Assembly (NCBI GenBank): GCA_001661245.1
Contig: KV454014.1
Location: forward strand, 1,022,892-1,086,891
Origin: Pachysolen tannophilus NRRL Y-2460
Lineage: Eukaryota
Length of the DNA stretch: 64,000 nucleotides
Direction of reading: 5' to 3'
Position 1 is the first letter of the stretch, and each line of letters begins with the position of its first letter. Below are positions 1 to 9,689 of the stretch, piece after piece. The translations under genes and the position numbers were made by a program. The notes beneath the pieces were generated by a model that searched no databases, had not been told where the DNA came from, and was given only the letters and a program-made list of their open reading frames with translations.

Positions 1-2423
1 CTAACTAATAACTGAGATTTATTTTTTGTTTCATGTGATTCATCATTAGTGTTGTTAAATATTAATCTTAAATTTTCTTTTTCCTCATCTTTAATAACTT
101 TCGTTAAAGAATTAGAGAATTTAAACTTAAAATCTATTTTCGAAGTCCTAACTTTATTTAAATTTTCAGATATCTCATACAACTTAAGTAAATCCTTCTT
201 AATCCTAATTGGATCTATTCTATACCGTTCTGAAATATAACGCAAGACATTAGGATCATTATTTAATATCAAGTCAACTTCATCATAAGTTATTCCAACA
301 AATTCATTAGCATAAGATGGGAATATATCAAAACTATCTGGTAAAACTTTACCATTTTCATAAATTACGCTATAACACATTGTCCGAGTCTTTTTATCTT
401 TATCACCTGTTTTGTTTTTTAACTGAACTTTATCAACAAAAGACCTTGGTAACATTTCAATTGGTTTCGTTGCTGTATCAGGAAAATAAGATGTATAACC
501 TCTTTCGAAAGCAATTTTTGCCAAAATATCATCTTTTGTTAAGAAAGATCCAGGATCTGCTATATGTGTATAGACCTTAAAAGATCCATTATCCAATTTC
601 TTTAAAGCAATACCGTCATCAATTTCATGTGCACCTTTATCATCAATACAATAAATTACATGTTTATTGGTCAAATCAGAGTTAACGTCTACAGTTAAAT
701 CTTGACGCAATTCTTTGACGTTATCAAAATCATTTGTCTCTGGAAGTCGTCCACTGAAATAATATTCGTCTAATTTATCATAATGCAATTGCTCAAAATC
801 TGCCTTTTCACTGATTCCAGAATAAGGTTTCAACAAATCCATTGACCATTCAGAAGGGTCTTGTATCTTGGCACATTCATGTAATTTCAACAATAATTCG
901 TACACGGTTGAAGTAGAAATGGTCTTGTCGTTGTATATGGGCAAGTTTCTCAAGATCTTCATTAGAAAGGACTCTGTAGTTGGATCTAAAGATGTAGAAG
1001 AAGAGCAATAAAGTTTCATCAAACTGATTATTTTATCATAATAAAATGGAGCATGACCAATTTGATCCACTTCTTGATTCGAAGGGTTCTGCAATTTTTT
1101 TATTAGATAATTGTTTAATTCTTGGAATAACCCTTCATTTTCTTTAAATGCATCAACAGTCAAATCTGTTTCCACCACTTTTGATAAGGGAAATATTGTT
1201 ATCGAAAGTGGGAAATAAGTCACTGGGTCAAAATTATTAACACCACCATATAACTTACTATTTTTTCTTAAAGATAAAATCAAAGAGTAAAAAGAGCTTA
1301 AATCATTTTCTTCAAAAAGATCCAATTCTCCAATAATTGATTTTCCAACTACCAACGTATTGTAGTTATTATCAGTACCAATTTCCTTAGATATATTGAC
1401 AGACAATTTTGTATAATATTGAATCAAATCTGCAGTATTATCAATCTTATTAACTTCTTTTTCAATTTTATTCAAGTCAATCAATTTAGTGGCATGAAAT
1501 AATTGGAAAATGTTTAAATGTATAGGAGATTCAGAAGATTGTAACAAGTTATGTAACAATTCCAATTTGGAATTAAATTCTGGTAGATATTCCCATGATT
1601 TACTCAATATATTGGATAAATGTCTTGCTAAAATCCTACTCGGTATTGAGGGTATTATAAAAGTTTCAAACTTGTTAATATTATCAACATTATTCACCAA
1701 TGCATGTTCAAAATAAGAATTTGTTGAAGAATTAATTAAAGAATCTTCAGCAGTAAACTTTGGTTTCCCAATTGGATTAATACCTCTTTCTGCTAAATTC
1801 AATGTTTTTTCATTTAAAATTATATTATTAAACCAATTATGTGGATATATGTTTGGAAATCTTAATTTAACTTTTAATCTTGAAGCAAAAATAATACCTC
1901 CATAACAATTAATAAAAGTATATCTTGGATCATCAAGTGAATTAGGTAATTCTGCTACAACAGCCAAATCTGCAGTTTCCAATGTAGTACTTAAATCAAC
2001 AACATCACCAACATTCAAAGGACTTGTTAACACATCCATACTTTTGAAAAAATTTCTTGGCCTACCAAATCTTGTAATCATTTCTTCTTCAATATCTTGA
2101 ATAGTTTTTTGAGAAATTTTGAGTTTTTTTTTCCAAATTATATTTGGCTCATTATACCTTGCTTGCATTCTATTTCTTGCCTCTGCCACTGCTACTTTCA
2201 ATCTCATATCATCAGTTTCACTAAAGTCATTATTCACATTATTTATATCCATATATTTGTTTTCCTTTATCCTTTGTATTTCTTCAAAAGACATTGGATC
2301 ATATTTCGTAGTACTCATATTCAAATCTTTTAAACTCACTTTTTTACCTCTTTTAGTCCCTCCAGATCGATGCCTAATTAAGGCAGAACGCATGATTACA
2401 TGCCTATGACTCCTCAGAAACAT
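1..2423 (-). CDS. DSS1: Mitochondrial RNase II/RNB-family 3'-5' exoribonuclease (Dss1/Msu1-like), 3' end runs off the window
   Basis: Not in the ORF track (edge ORF). ATG at 2423 followed by an Arg-rich presequence-like N-terminus. In-frame RNB catalytic motif VIYCIDDKGAHEIDDGIA near 605-660. Frame spot-checked, not fully translated. Confidence 0.75.
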   Translation of the reverse strand, partial: MFLRSHRHVIMRSALIRHRSGGTKRGKKVSLKDLNMSTTKYDPMSFEEIQRIKENKYMDINNVNNDFSETDDMRLKVAVAEARNRMQARYNEPNIIWKKKLKISQKTIQDIEEEMITRFGRPRNFFKSMDVLTSPLNVGDVVDLSTTLETADLAVVAELPNSLDDPRYTFINCYGGIIFASRLKVKLRFPNIYPHNWFNNIILNEKTLNLAERGINPIGKPKFTAEDSLINSSTNSYFEHALVNNVDNINKFETFIIPSIPSRILARHLSNILSKSWEYLPEFNSKLELLHNLLQSSESPIHLNIFQLFHATKLIDLNKIEKEVNKIDNTADLIQYYTKLSVNISKEIGTDNNYNTLVVGKSIIGELDLFEENDLSSFYSLILSLRKNSKLYGGVNNFDPVTYFPLSITIFPLSKVVETDLTVDAFKENEGLFQELNNYLIKKLQNPSNQEVDQIGHAPFYYDKIISLMKLYCSSSTSLDPTTESFLMKILRNLPIYNDKTISTSTVYELLLKLHECAKIQDPSEWSMDLLKPYSGISEKADFEQLHYDKLDEYYFSGRLPETNDFDNVKELRQDLTVDVNSDLTNKHVIYCIDDKGAHEIDDGIALKKLDNGSFKVYTHIADPGSFLTKDDILAKIAFERGYTSYFPDTATKPIEMLPRSFVDKVQLKNKTGDKDKKTRTMCYSVIYENGKVLPDSFDIFPSYANEFVGITYDEVDLILNNDPNVLRYISERYRIDPIRIKKDLLKLYEISENLNKVRTSKIDFKFKFSNSLTKVIKDEEKENLRLIFNNTNDESHETKNKSQLLV

Positions 2424-2624
2424 CTTCTTTATCTCTTCAAATCCCAAATCCTCTTCTTCCTCTTTTTCTTCTTCTTCTTCAAAAGAACTATCGAATTTAT
2501 TTCCTATATATATAATACATAATAATTAAATACCTTTAAAATCTTCTTTCTCTCGTTAAAAGGTGAAAAATAAAAACAGGTCGTTTGAAAAATATCAAAA
2601 TATGGCGATGAGTTTGTGAGAGAA

Positions 2625-2720
2625 CCGACAACGACAACCGACAACGACAACTGACAACCGACGATGACGGAGAGTGAGCTAGTGAGATAGTGAGCTAGAG
2701 CTAGAGCTAGAGCTAGAGCT
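2625..2720. repeat. Short tandem repeats: degenerate (CGACAA)n followed by (GAGCTA)x~5
   Basis: Read directly from the sequence between DSS1 and ESF2. Confidence 0.85.
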
Positions 2721-2745
2721 TTAGTTCCAGTTCCAATTGCAGTAT

Positions 2746-3801
2746 TTAAAAGATATTTGATAATACGTTTTCCAACTTTGCGCTGTTTTGCTGTTTCTGT
2801 TTCATATGTTCTGGTGCATCTGCTCTTTTACTGATAACGTTTCTTTGGGTGAACATTCTACGGACTTCAATATTATCATCATTTGTGTCCTTAGAGTGGG
2901 ATTCTTCTTCTTTTGTTTCATTGGTTTCTTGTTTTTGCAGCTTTTGTTTCTTTTTCTTTTGAATATTTTCAACCATCTTGGATTTTTCAATGTTTCTAAT
3001 ATAAGTCTTATTTAATTTATTTGCTTGTGAAAGTTCTGCTTGAAGTTTAGCCAGTCTCATTTCATTTTCTTTTGAAATCTGTTCCGTTAGATCTGTCCAT
3101 TTAAAACCAGGCAAATATTTCACATTCATAATATCATCATAGTAGAATGAATTTTTTTTACCACCTAACTTATTACCATTTAAAGTTTCAACACATAATT
3201 TTGCATCCGATTTATTGATAAATTCTGCCCATCCTTCTTCATAATTTCTTTTCTTATTACCACCATATTTAACTCTTTTTTGATATTTTTTCAAATCTTC
3301 TGGTTTTAAAAATAAACGATCAACTTCTCCAAACCTTGAAAGTATCTGTCTCATCTTTGATGGCTTCATATAAGGTGGAATTTTTGAAAAATAAACCACA
3401 CCAGTTTTCCTTATTCTCTTTTCATGTTTTTGCAACTGTTCCAGAGTTAATTTCTTTAATTTTTCATTTTTATTTTTACCCTTTCGAATATTTTTAGATT
3501 CCTTATGTAGATCCAGTAAAGATTCTTTTTCAATTTTATCTGCACCCAATGGAAACTGACTATTGTCATCATCCTCATCATCCTCATCATTCGATTCAAA
3601 AGCATCAAAATGTGATCTTTTCTTTATTTGAGCAGAAACATCGCCTACATCTTCCTCATCACTACTTTGTTCACCTTCACTATTGCTATTATAACCAACT
3701 CCACTAACATTACCATCATCATCGTCATCACTCTCCCTTGTCAAACCTAACGCTTCATCAGCACTCTTTATCTTTCCCAGCCTTACACTAAGCCCAGACA
3801 T
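2746..3801 (-). CDS. ESF2: Pre-rRNA processing protein Esf2 (ABT1 family, RRM)
   Basis: Motifs TGVVYFSKIPPYMKP, RFGEVDRLFL, YEEGWAEF, YYDDIMNVKYLPGFKW; acidic N-terminus. Confidence 0.93.
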   Translation of the reverse strand: MSGLSVRLGKIKSADEALGLTRESDDDDDGNVSGVGYNSNSEGEQSSDEEDVGDVSAQIKKRSHFDAFESNDEDDEDDDNSQFPLGADKIEKESLLDLHKESKNIRKGKNKNEKLKKLTLEQLQKHEKRIRKTGVVYFSKIPPYMKPSKMRQILSRFGEVDRLFLKPEDLKKYQKRVKYGGNKKRNYEEGWAEFINKSDAKLCVETLNGNKLGGKKNSFYYDDIMNVKYLPGFKWTDLTEQISKENEMRLAKLQAELSQANKLNKTYIRNIEKSKMVENIQKKKKQKLQKQETNETKEEESHSKDTNDDNIEVRRMFTQRNVISKRADAPEHMKQKQQNSAKLENVLSNIF

Positions 3802-4024
3802 CCTATCCTCTTAGAAAACCAACAAATCTCTCTTGAAATTTTTTGAATAATTTCAAATTAAAAAATTTTTTTTTAATTTTTATTTTTTTATTTTTATTTT
3901 ATTTTTCTCATATGTGGAAAAAAAAGAGAAAATTGATAATAAATAATAAATACCCAATATTTAATAATATATCAATTATTATTATTTTAGATCTTTCTTT
4001 TGGTTTTGGTTAGAGGTTAAGAGA

Positions 4025-5341
4025 ATGAATTTCTTACGTCGGCGGAGGAATTCTTCAGATAGTGATTTGACTCCAACAGGAGTTTCAGGAGTTTCTAATA
4101 TACAAAAATCAAGGAAACCTCCAAATACAGCTTTTAGGCAACAAAGATTAAAGGCGTATCAAATAATTTTAACACCTAAAACAGTTTTACCATTATTAAT
4201 AGTATTGGCTGTGATATTGATTCCATTAGGGGTTGCTTTACTTTATACCACGTATAAGGTACAACATTTAACAATTGATTATAGTCTGTGTGATTCATTA
4301 GAAGTATCTGATTCTTATTCAACAATTCCAAGTAAATATATTGGACATCATTTTAAAAATTCTACACTGCTTAGTAATATTAATGCTAGTTGGAAGTTAA
4401 CAAATGAAACAACAGATTCAGGATATAATTTAACTTGTAATATTGAATTTGATTTACCAAATGATTTAAAACCGCCAATTTATTTATATTATAAATTAAC
4501 AAATTTTTATCAAAATCATAGAGAATATGTGAAAAGTTATGATTTAAATCAATTAAAAGGTGATGCTGTTACTGAAAGTAATTTAGATTCTGAATGTAAA
4601 CCTTTAAAGACTTTAAATGATAAAATAATTTATCCATGTGGATTAGTTGCAAATTCTGTTTTTAATGATTCAATTTCTTCATCAGCGTTACAAAGTAGTT
4701 CAGGAGATTCAAGTGATTATATATTTACCGATAAGGACATTGCATGGAGTTCTGATCGGAAATTATTTCAAAAAACTACTTATACTGCATCTCAAATAGT
4801 TCCACCACCAAATTGGATGAAAAAATATCCAGATGGTTATACCGATGATAATATTCCAGATATTTCAGAAGATGAATTTTTCCAAAATTGGATGAGAACT
4901 GCTGCATTGCCCTCTTTTATGAAATTGGCTTTTAAAAATACAACTGCAACATTATCAAGTGGTACTTATATTTTAGAAATTGAATTAAATTACCCAGTAA
5001 CAATTTTTGGTGGAACAAAAAGTTTTGTCTTAACTACAAATAGTATTGTTGGTGGAAGAAACTTAAGTCTAGGGGTATGTTACATCGTGGTGGGTGGACT
5101 ATGTCTTGTCTTCTTCATAGGCTTCTTATTCAAACAATTGATCAAACCAAGAAAGATTGGTGATCATACAAGTTTAATGAATATAGAAAATGAAAATAGT
5201 AACAACATTGCGTTTGGAGATAACCAATTTTTCATCCATACAGCCTCGGGAGTCACTTCCACTTCCACTTCCACTTCTCACCACCACAACAACAATAACC
5301 CAGAAGCTTCAGCAATCAACGATAGAAGAGATTTGCTATAA
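4025..5341 (+). CDS. CDC50: CDC50/LEM3-family P4-ATPase flippase beta subunit
   Basis: SRKPPNTAFRQQRLKA, YYKLTNFYQNHREY, PCGLVANS, NWMRTAALP; two TM segments. Confidence 0.9.
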   Translation: MNFLRRRRNSSDSDLTPTGVSGVSNIQKSRKPPNTAFRQQRLKAYQIILTPKTVLPLLIVLAVILIPLGVALLYTTYKVQHLTIDYSLCDSLEVSDSYSTIPSKYIGHHFKNSTLLSNINASWKLTNETTDSGYNLTCNIEFDLPNDLKPPIYLYYKLTNFYQNHREYVKSYDLNQLKGDAVTESNLDSECKPLKTLNDKIIYPCGLVANSVFNDSISSSALQSSSGDSSDYIFTDKDIAWSSDRKLFQKTTYTASQIVPPPNWMKKYPDGYTDDNIPDISEDEFFQNWMRTAALPSFMKLAFKNTTATLSSGTYILEIELNYPVTIFGGTKSFVLTTNSIVGGRNLSLGVCYIVVGGLCLVFFIGFLFKQLIKPRKIGDHTSLMNIENENSNNIAFGDNQFFIHTASGVTSTSTSTSHHHNNNNPEASAINDRRDLL

Positions 5342-5943
5342 CATATACATATACATATATATATAGTATATAGTATATAGTATATAGTATATATATATTT
5401 CACTTCACTTCACTTCTATACAAGTATAATTTCAATTTATACGAAAAGTAGTTCAATTCTTACAAGCGATGGCAGGCAGAAAACCATCACCAAAAATTAA
5501 ATAATAATTGATCAATTAAGTTAATTTAAAGGTTTATATTCTTTTAATCATATAGCTTTTTTTTTCTGTCTCTTTCTGATGAATTGGATTAAAAAAAAAA
5601 ATCAGATTATTTGCTAAAAGAGATTTGAAAAAAAAAAACTGGGTTTTTTTATCATTGATTTCTAAGTAAAAAAATAAAAAAAATTTTTTGTGTTTTTTTT
5701 ATTTTTTATTTTATTTTTTTATTTTTTTTTCTGTGGTGACAAAATTTTGACGAATTTATAAAAATTTATAAAATTTTCCAGAAACAACTAAAACTATATG
5801 AAATATACAAACAATTTAAAATAATTAGTTAATTAGAATATTTTCTTTTTCTTTTTTTATTTCATTTTATTTTGAAAGAATTTGTAATTGAGAGGTTTAC
5901 TTTTTTTTTTTAGGGTTGTATTTGTTTTTTAAAGCAAATTAAA

Positions 5944-7521
5944 ATGACTGTTTCCGATCAACCACCGCCATCGCCAACAAGTTTAAAATCCAAATCGTCT
6001 TCGGTATCTTTATCATCTTCTCCGATTCAACAACAATCGACGGATGATCATGTTAGACAAGTTGGAGTTCTGTTGGTACAGATCTATTATACACGGTTGA
6101 ATTCTTCTTTTGATACTATTAATCAACTTTATAGTAAGAATGCTTCTATTACACATCAAGATCCATTTAATTCTAATTCTGCATCTTTAATTGTTGGCAA
6201 TGAAAATATTAAAAAATTTTTCCAAACTAAATCAAGATTACAAGGTTGTAAAGTAAAGATTAGTTCAATCGATATCCAAAGAACTATTAATGATTCAATT
6301 TTAATTGTTTGTGTTGGTGAATTGGCATTTGATGAATCACAATTATTATTTAAGAATGGTAGTAATGGTAATAATTTAAGTAATGGTGAAGTTAAAAATA
6401 TTAATTATATTTCACCAGCTTATAGGTTTATTCAAAATTTTTTGGTAACCAAGACTTTTGCTAAAGGAAATGAAGTTTATGATATTTCAAATGATATTCT
6501 CAAATTTATTCCTGATATAGATGATGATTTCGGACAAGAACAAGATGAGGAAGAAGAAGAAGAAGAAGAAGAAGAATTAGCACAAGAAATAGAAGAAGAT
6601 GAAAAAAAAGAAGAGAAGGAAGAAGTACATATAGAAGCAAAGCCGCAACTGGATTCTAAACAACAAGAGGCGGCACAAGAAATAGAAAAAGAAAAAGAAA
6701 AAGAAGAAGAAGAAGAAGAAGAAGGTGAACAGGCTGCAACAGTGTCAGAATTAACTACTTCAAATGCAGAGGAAGTTTTCTCCAATAACGGCGGTGATGC
6801 CTTGGAATCAAAGGCAACAACCCCTGAAGTTCAAGCTAATGGTACAGAAGAACAAAAAGATTTCGTTGCAGTTTCAGAAGTTTCTCAGCCTGCAAGACCT
6901 TTGAAACCTTTAAGCTGGGCAGCAAAAGCAGCAAAAGCAGCTCCTCTGCCTTCTGCTGGTGCTGGTGGTGCTGCCTCTGCTGCTGGTTCATCTGAATCTG
7001 GTACCGGCACTGGTGGTGCCCATGAAAAGGCTTCGTCTTTGCTGAAAAGGTCAGAATCTGTTGACGAAAACCACCACCAACAACAACACCTGGGCTCGAA
7101 ACAAGCTCAAGGTAAAAATTCCAAAAATAAAAAATCGAAATCAAAAGAAACTTCACCACTACCAAACCAGAACCAAACCCCAAACCAACAATCGTCATCA
7201 TCATCGTCTCCAGCTAATGCATCAGCTGCTAAGGCAACAAAATTGCAGAAAAAAAAATATACTAATAAGAATAATGAAGACGTTTACCCAATTTATATTA
7301 GAGGTATCGTACCAGGTCAAGATAACGACTCCCAATTACAGAAAAATTTGGAAAAAAAATTTGGAAAGATTCGTAGTTGCAAAATCAGTGATCATATTGC
7401 ATTAGTAGATTTTGTGAAAGAGGAATCACAAGAAAAAGCTATTAAGCTCGGTATTTTCAAAATTAACGGTCATGAGTTAAAATTGGAACCAAGACTTCAA
7501 AAAGGTAGCAGAAAAAATTAG
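5944..7521 (+). CDS. BRE5: NTF2-like plus C-terminal RRM protein, Ubp3 cofactor (Bre5/G3BP-like)
   Basis: N-terminal NTF2-like fold (QIYYTRLN..LY..., ILIVCVGEL, FIQNFLV, YDISNDILKF), acidic linker, SWA motif, C-terminal RRM; close to ESF2 as in S. cerevisiae chr XIV. Confidence 0.75.
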   Translation: MTVSDQPPPSPTSLKSKSSSVSLSSSPIQQQSTDDHVRQVGVLLVQIYYTRLNSSFDTINQLYSKNASITHQDPFNSNSASLIVGNENIKKFFQTKSRLQGCKVKISSIDIQRTINDSILIVCVGELAFDESQLLFKNGSNGNNLSNGEVKNINYISPAYRFIQNFLVTKTFAKGNEVYDISNDILKFIPDIDDDFGQEQDEEEEEEEEEELAQEIEEDEKKEEKEEVHIEAKPQLDSKQQEAAQEIEKEKEKEEEEEEEGEQAATVSELTTSNAEEVFSNNGGDALESKATTPEVQANGTEEQKDFVAVSEVSQPARPLKPLSWAAKAAKAAPLPSAGAGGAASAAGSSESGTGTGGAHEKASSLLKRSESVDENHHQQQHLGSKQAQGKNSKNKKSKSKETSPLPNQNQTPNQQSSSSSSPANASAAKATKLQKKKYTNKNNEDVYPIYIRGIVPGQDNDSQLQKNLEKKFGKIRSCKISDHIALVDFVKEESQEKAIKLGIFKINGHELKLEPRLQKGSRKN

Positions 7522-8273
7522 GGTCTCCCCTATAAAATTGTTTTGTTTTGTTTTGTTTTTTTATTTTTTGTTTCACTTTCAGCTCCCTACCTTTTGTTTC
7601 ATTGGCATTACAGGACATTTAACTTTCCCTTAATCACACGCATTTCATTTTTTAAAGATACCATCAAAGTCCTAATCATATGCTTAATATATAATAAAAA
7701 GAAAATCATTTTCTACAAAAAGACGTCAAAACAGAAAGGCAGAGTCATATATACATATATAGTCATATAATTCGAATACCAAAAATTAGAATTCATCTCA
7801 TTGTCAAACCAAATCTCTACTCTAGTTTACCTTCAGCTTCAGCTTCACCTTTACACTTGGTCAATTGGTCAAATGCTCCAACTCAACGAATTACCCGATT
7901 TGGCAATTTGCACAATATGACACGACCCACTCTGATTTCAATTTCCATTCGCAAGAAATAATGATTTATCTTTTTACTTCCTTCTTTTTGTAACGTTTAT
8001 TCTTTGTAAAATAATCCATCTTTATTTATCTATAACGATCTTATTTGTTGATTGGGTAGACTGATAAAACGTTGTGGGGATTTGATTCAAAGGAAAAAAA
8101 AAAAGTAAAAAAAAAAGGCAAGAAAGTAAAGAATAAAAACTTGTGTAAAGGGAAGCCAAAAAAGAAAGAAAGTGGATCACACATAGAGTTGTTATATATT
8201 ATAGATAGATATAAAATTTTTTTTTAAAGAAAAAGAAAATTCTCGTTACTATTTCCCATTATTTTTCAAGAAG

Positions 8274-9047
8274 ATGTCAAGGGTTAGAAGAATTCATAAA
8301 GAGTTAGAAGATGTTAAGAAAGACAAAGAAGCAGGAATTATTTTAGAACTTGTGTCGGAAAATGATCTTTCTCATTTGAAGGGTAAATTTATTGGTCCTC
8401 GTGATACCCCATATGAGGGTGGATTATTTATAGTTGACATTCAAATTCCACCAGAATACCCTTTCAAGCCACCTTTGATGAAGTTTGATACTAAAATTTA
8501 TCATCCAAATATATCATCAGTTACTGGGGCTATATGCCTTGATATTTTAAAATCAGATTCCGGGAATAGTAGTAGTGGTGGTGGTCATGGTGCATGGACT
8601 CCAATTTTAACTTTAAAATCTTCATTGATCTCTTTACAATCGTTATTACAAAGTCCTGAACCAAATGATCCACAAGATGCCCAAGTTGCCAGTGTTTTTT
8701 TAAAGGATAGAAATGAATTTGAAGAAACTGCTAGGTATTGGACCAAAATTTATGCTCCCAATAAGGATAATATCTTGGTAGAAAACAATGATAATAATAA
8801 CAGTATAAGTCGTGATAAGGCTACAGAAGAAGAAAATGAGAGGAAAAGAGATAATAAAAGACAAAAAGTTGAACCTGCCCCACAACTTGAGTTGGGAACT
8901 ATTGAATTGAAAACTGTTCAATTATTCGAAGATATGGGGTTTAATAAATTCAAAATTGTAGAAGTTTTAAAGAAATTGAAAATTGACAAAGTCTATTCCG
9001 GAGATGAAGAGACAAAGATAAAAGTGATTGAGGAGTTATTGAAATAA
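8274..9047 (+). CDS. UBC1: Ubiquitin-conjugating enzyme E2 with C-terminal UBA domain
   Basis: GPRDTPYEGG, YPFKPP, HPNISSVTGAICLDILK, SPEPNDPQDA; UBA-like FEDMGF tail. Confidence 0.92.
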   Translation: MSRVRRIHKELEDVKKDKEAGIILELVSENDLSHLKGKFIGPRDTPYEGGLFIVDIQIPPEYPFKPPLMKFDTKIYHPNISSVTGAICLDILKSDSGNSSSGGGHGAWTPILTLKSSLISLQSLLQSPEPNDPQDAQVASVFLKDRNEFEETARYWTKIYAPNKDNILVENNDNNNSISRDKATEEENERKRDNKRQKVEPAPQLELGTIELKTVQLFEDMGFNKFKIVEVLKKLKIDKVYSGDEETKIKVIEELLK

Positions 9048-9689
9048 AATATAAATAAAAAAAAAAAAACTTTAAACTCTCGTATATAGCAAGTTTGTCA
9101 TTTTTTTGTTTCTGTTTCTGTTTTACCCTTGGTTAATTTGTTCATTTATTCATTTATTCATTTATTCATCTTTATTTACTCTTAATATCTAATATTTCTT
9201 TTAAGTCAGTTCATATAGTTTGGGTGTATAATGCATTGCTTTCATTGTTTGAAGTTATATATATATATGTATAATTGATACTAATACATAGATAATAAAT
9301 ATCGGAAGCTAAAGTTAAAAATCCATTCATCTGAAGACTCTATCCAGTAGACACAGTGTTCTTTTCATTGTATTTCTAAAAAGTTGAAAGATCAACCAAA
9401 ATTTGACAACTTTGATCTGCAGTACTAAAAAAAAAAAAGAGCGATATATCATGACAGTATTATGTACCTCATGTACATCATATACATCATATAAGCTAAA
9501 TACCTACCAAATATATAGATACATGAGTTCGCAACTTTTCATTGGTTATTCAGATACTGAATCGTTTAAAGTATTTGAAAAATCGTTGTTACAAGTTAAT
9601 TTTGAGTGGGTTTTCCATTATCAAAAAAGACGATAAAGCATTGTTTAATAAAAGTGAATTTTGAATTTTGAAATTCACAACTATCTGTG

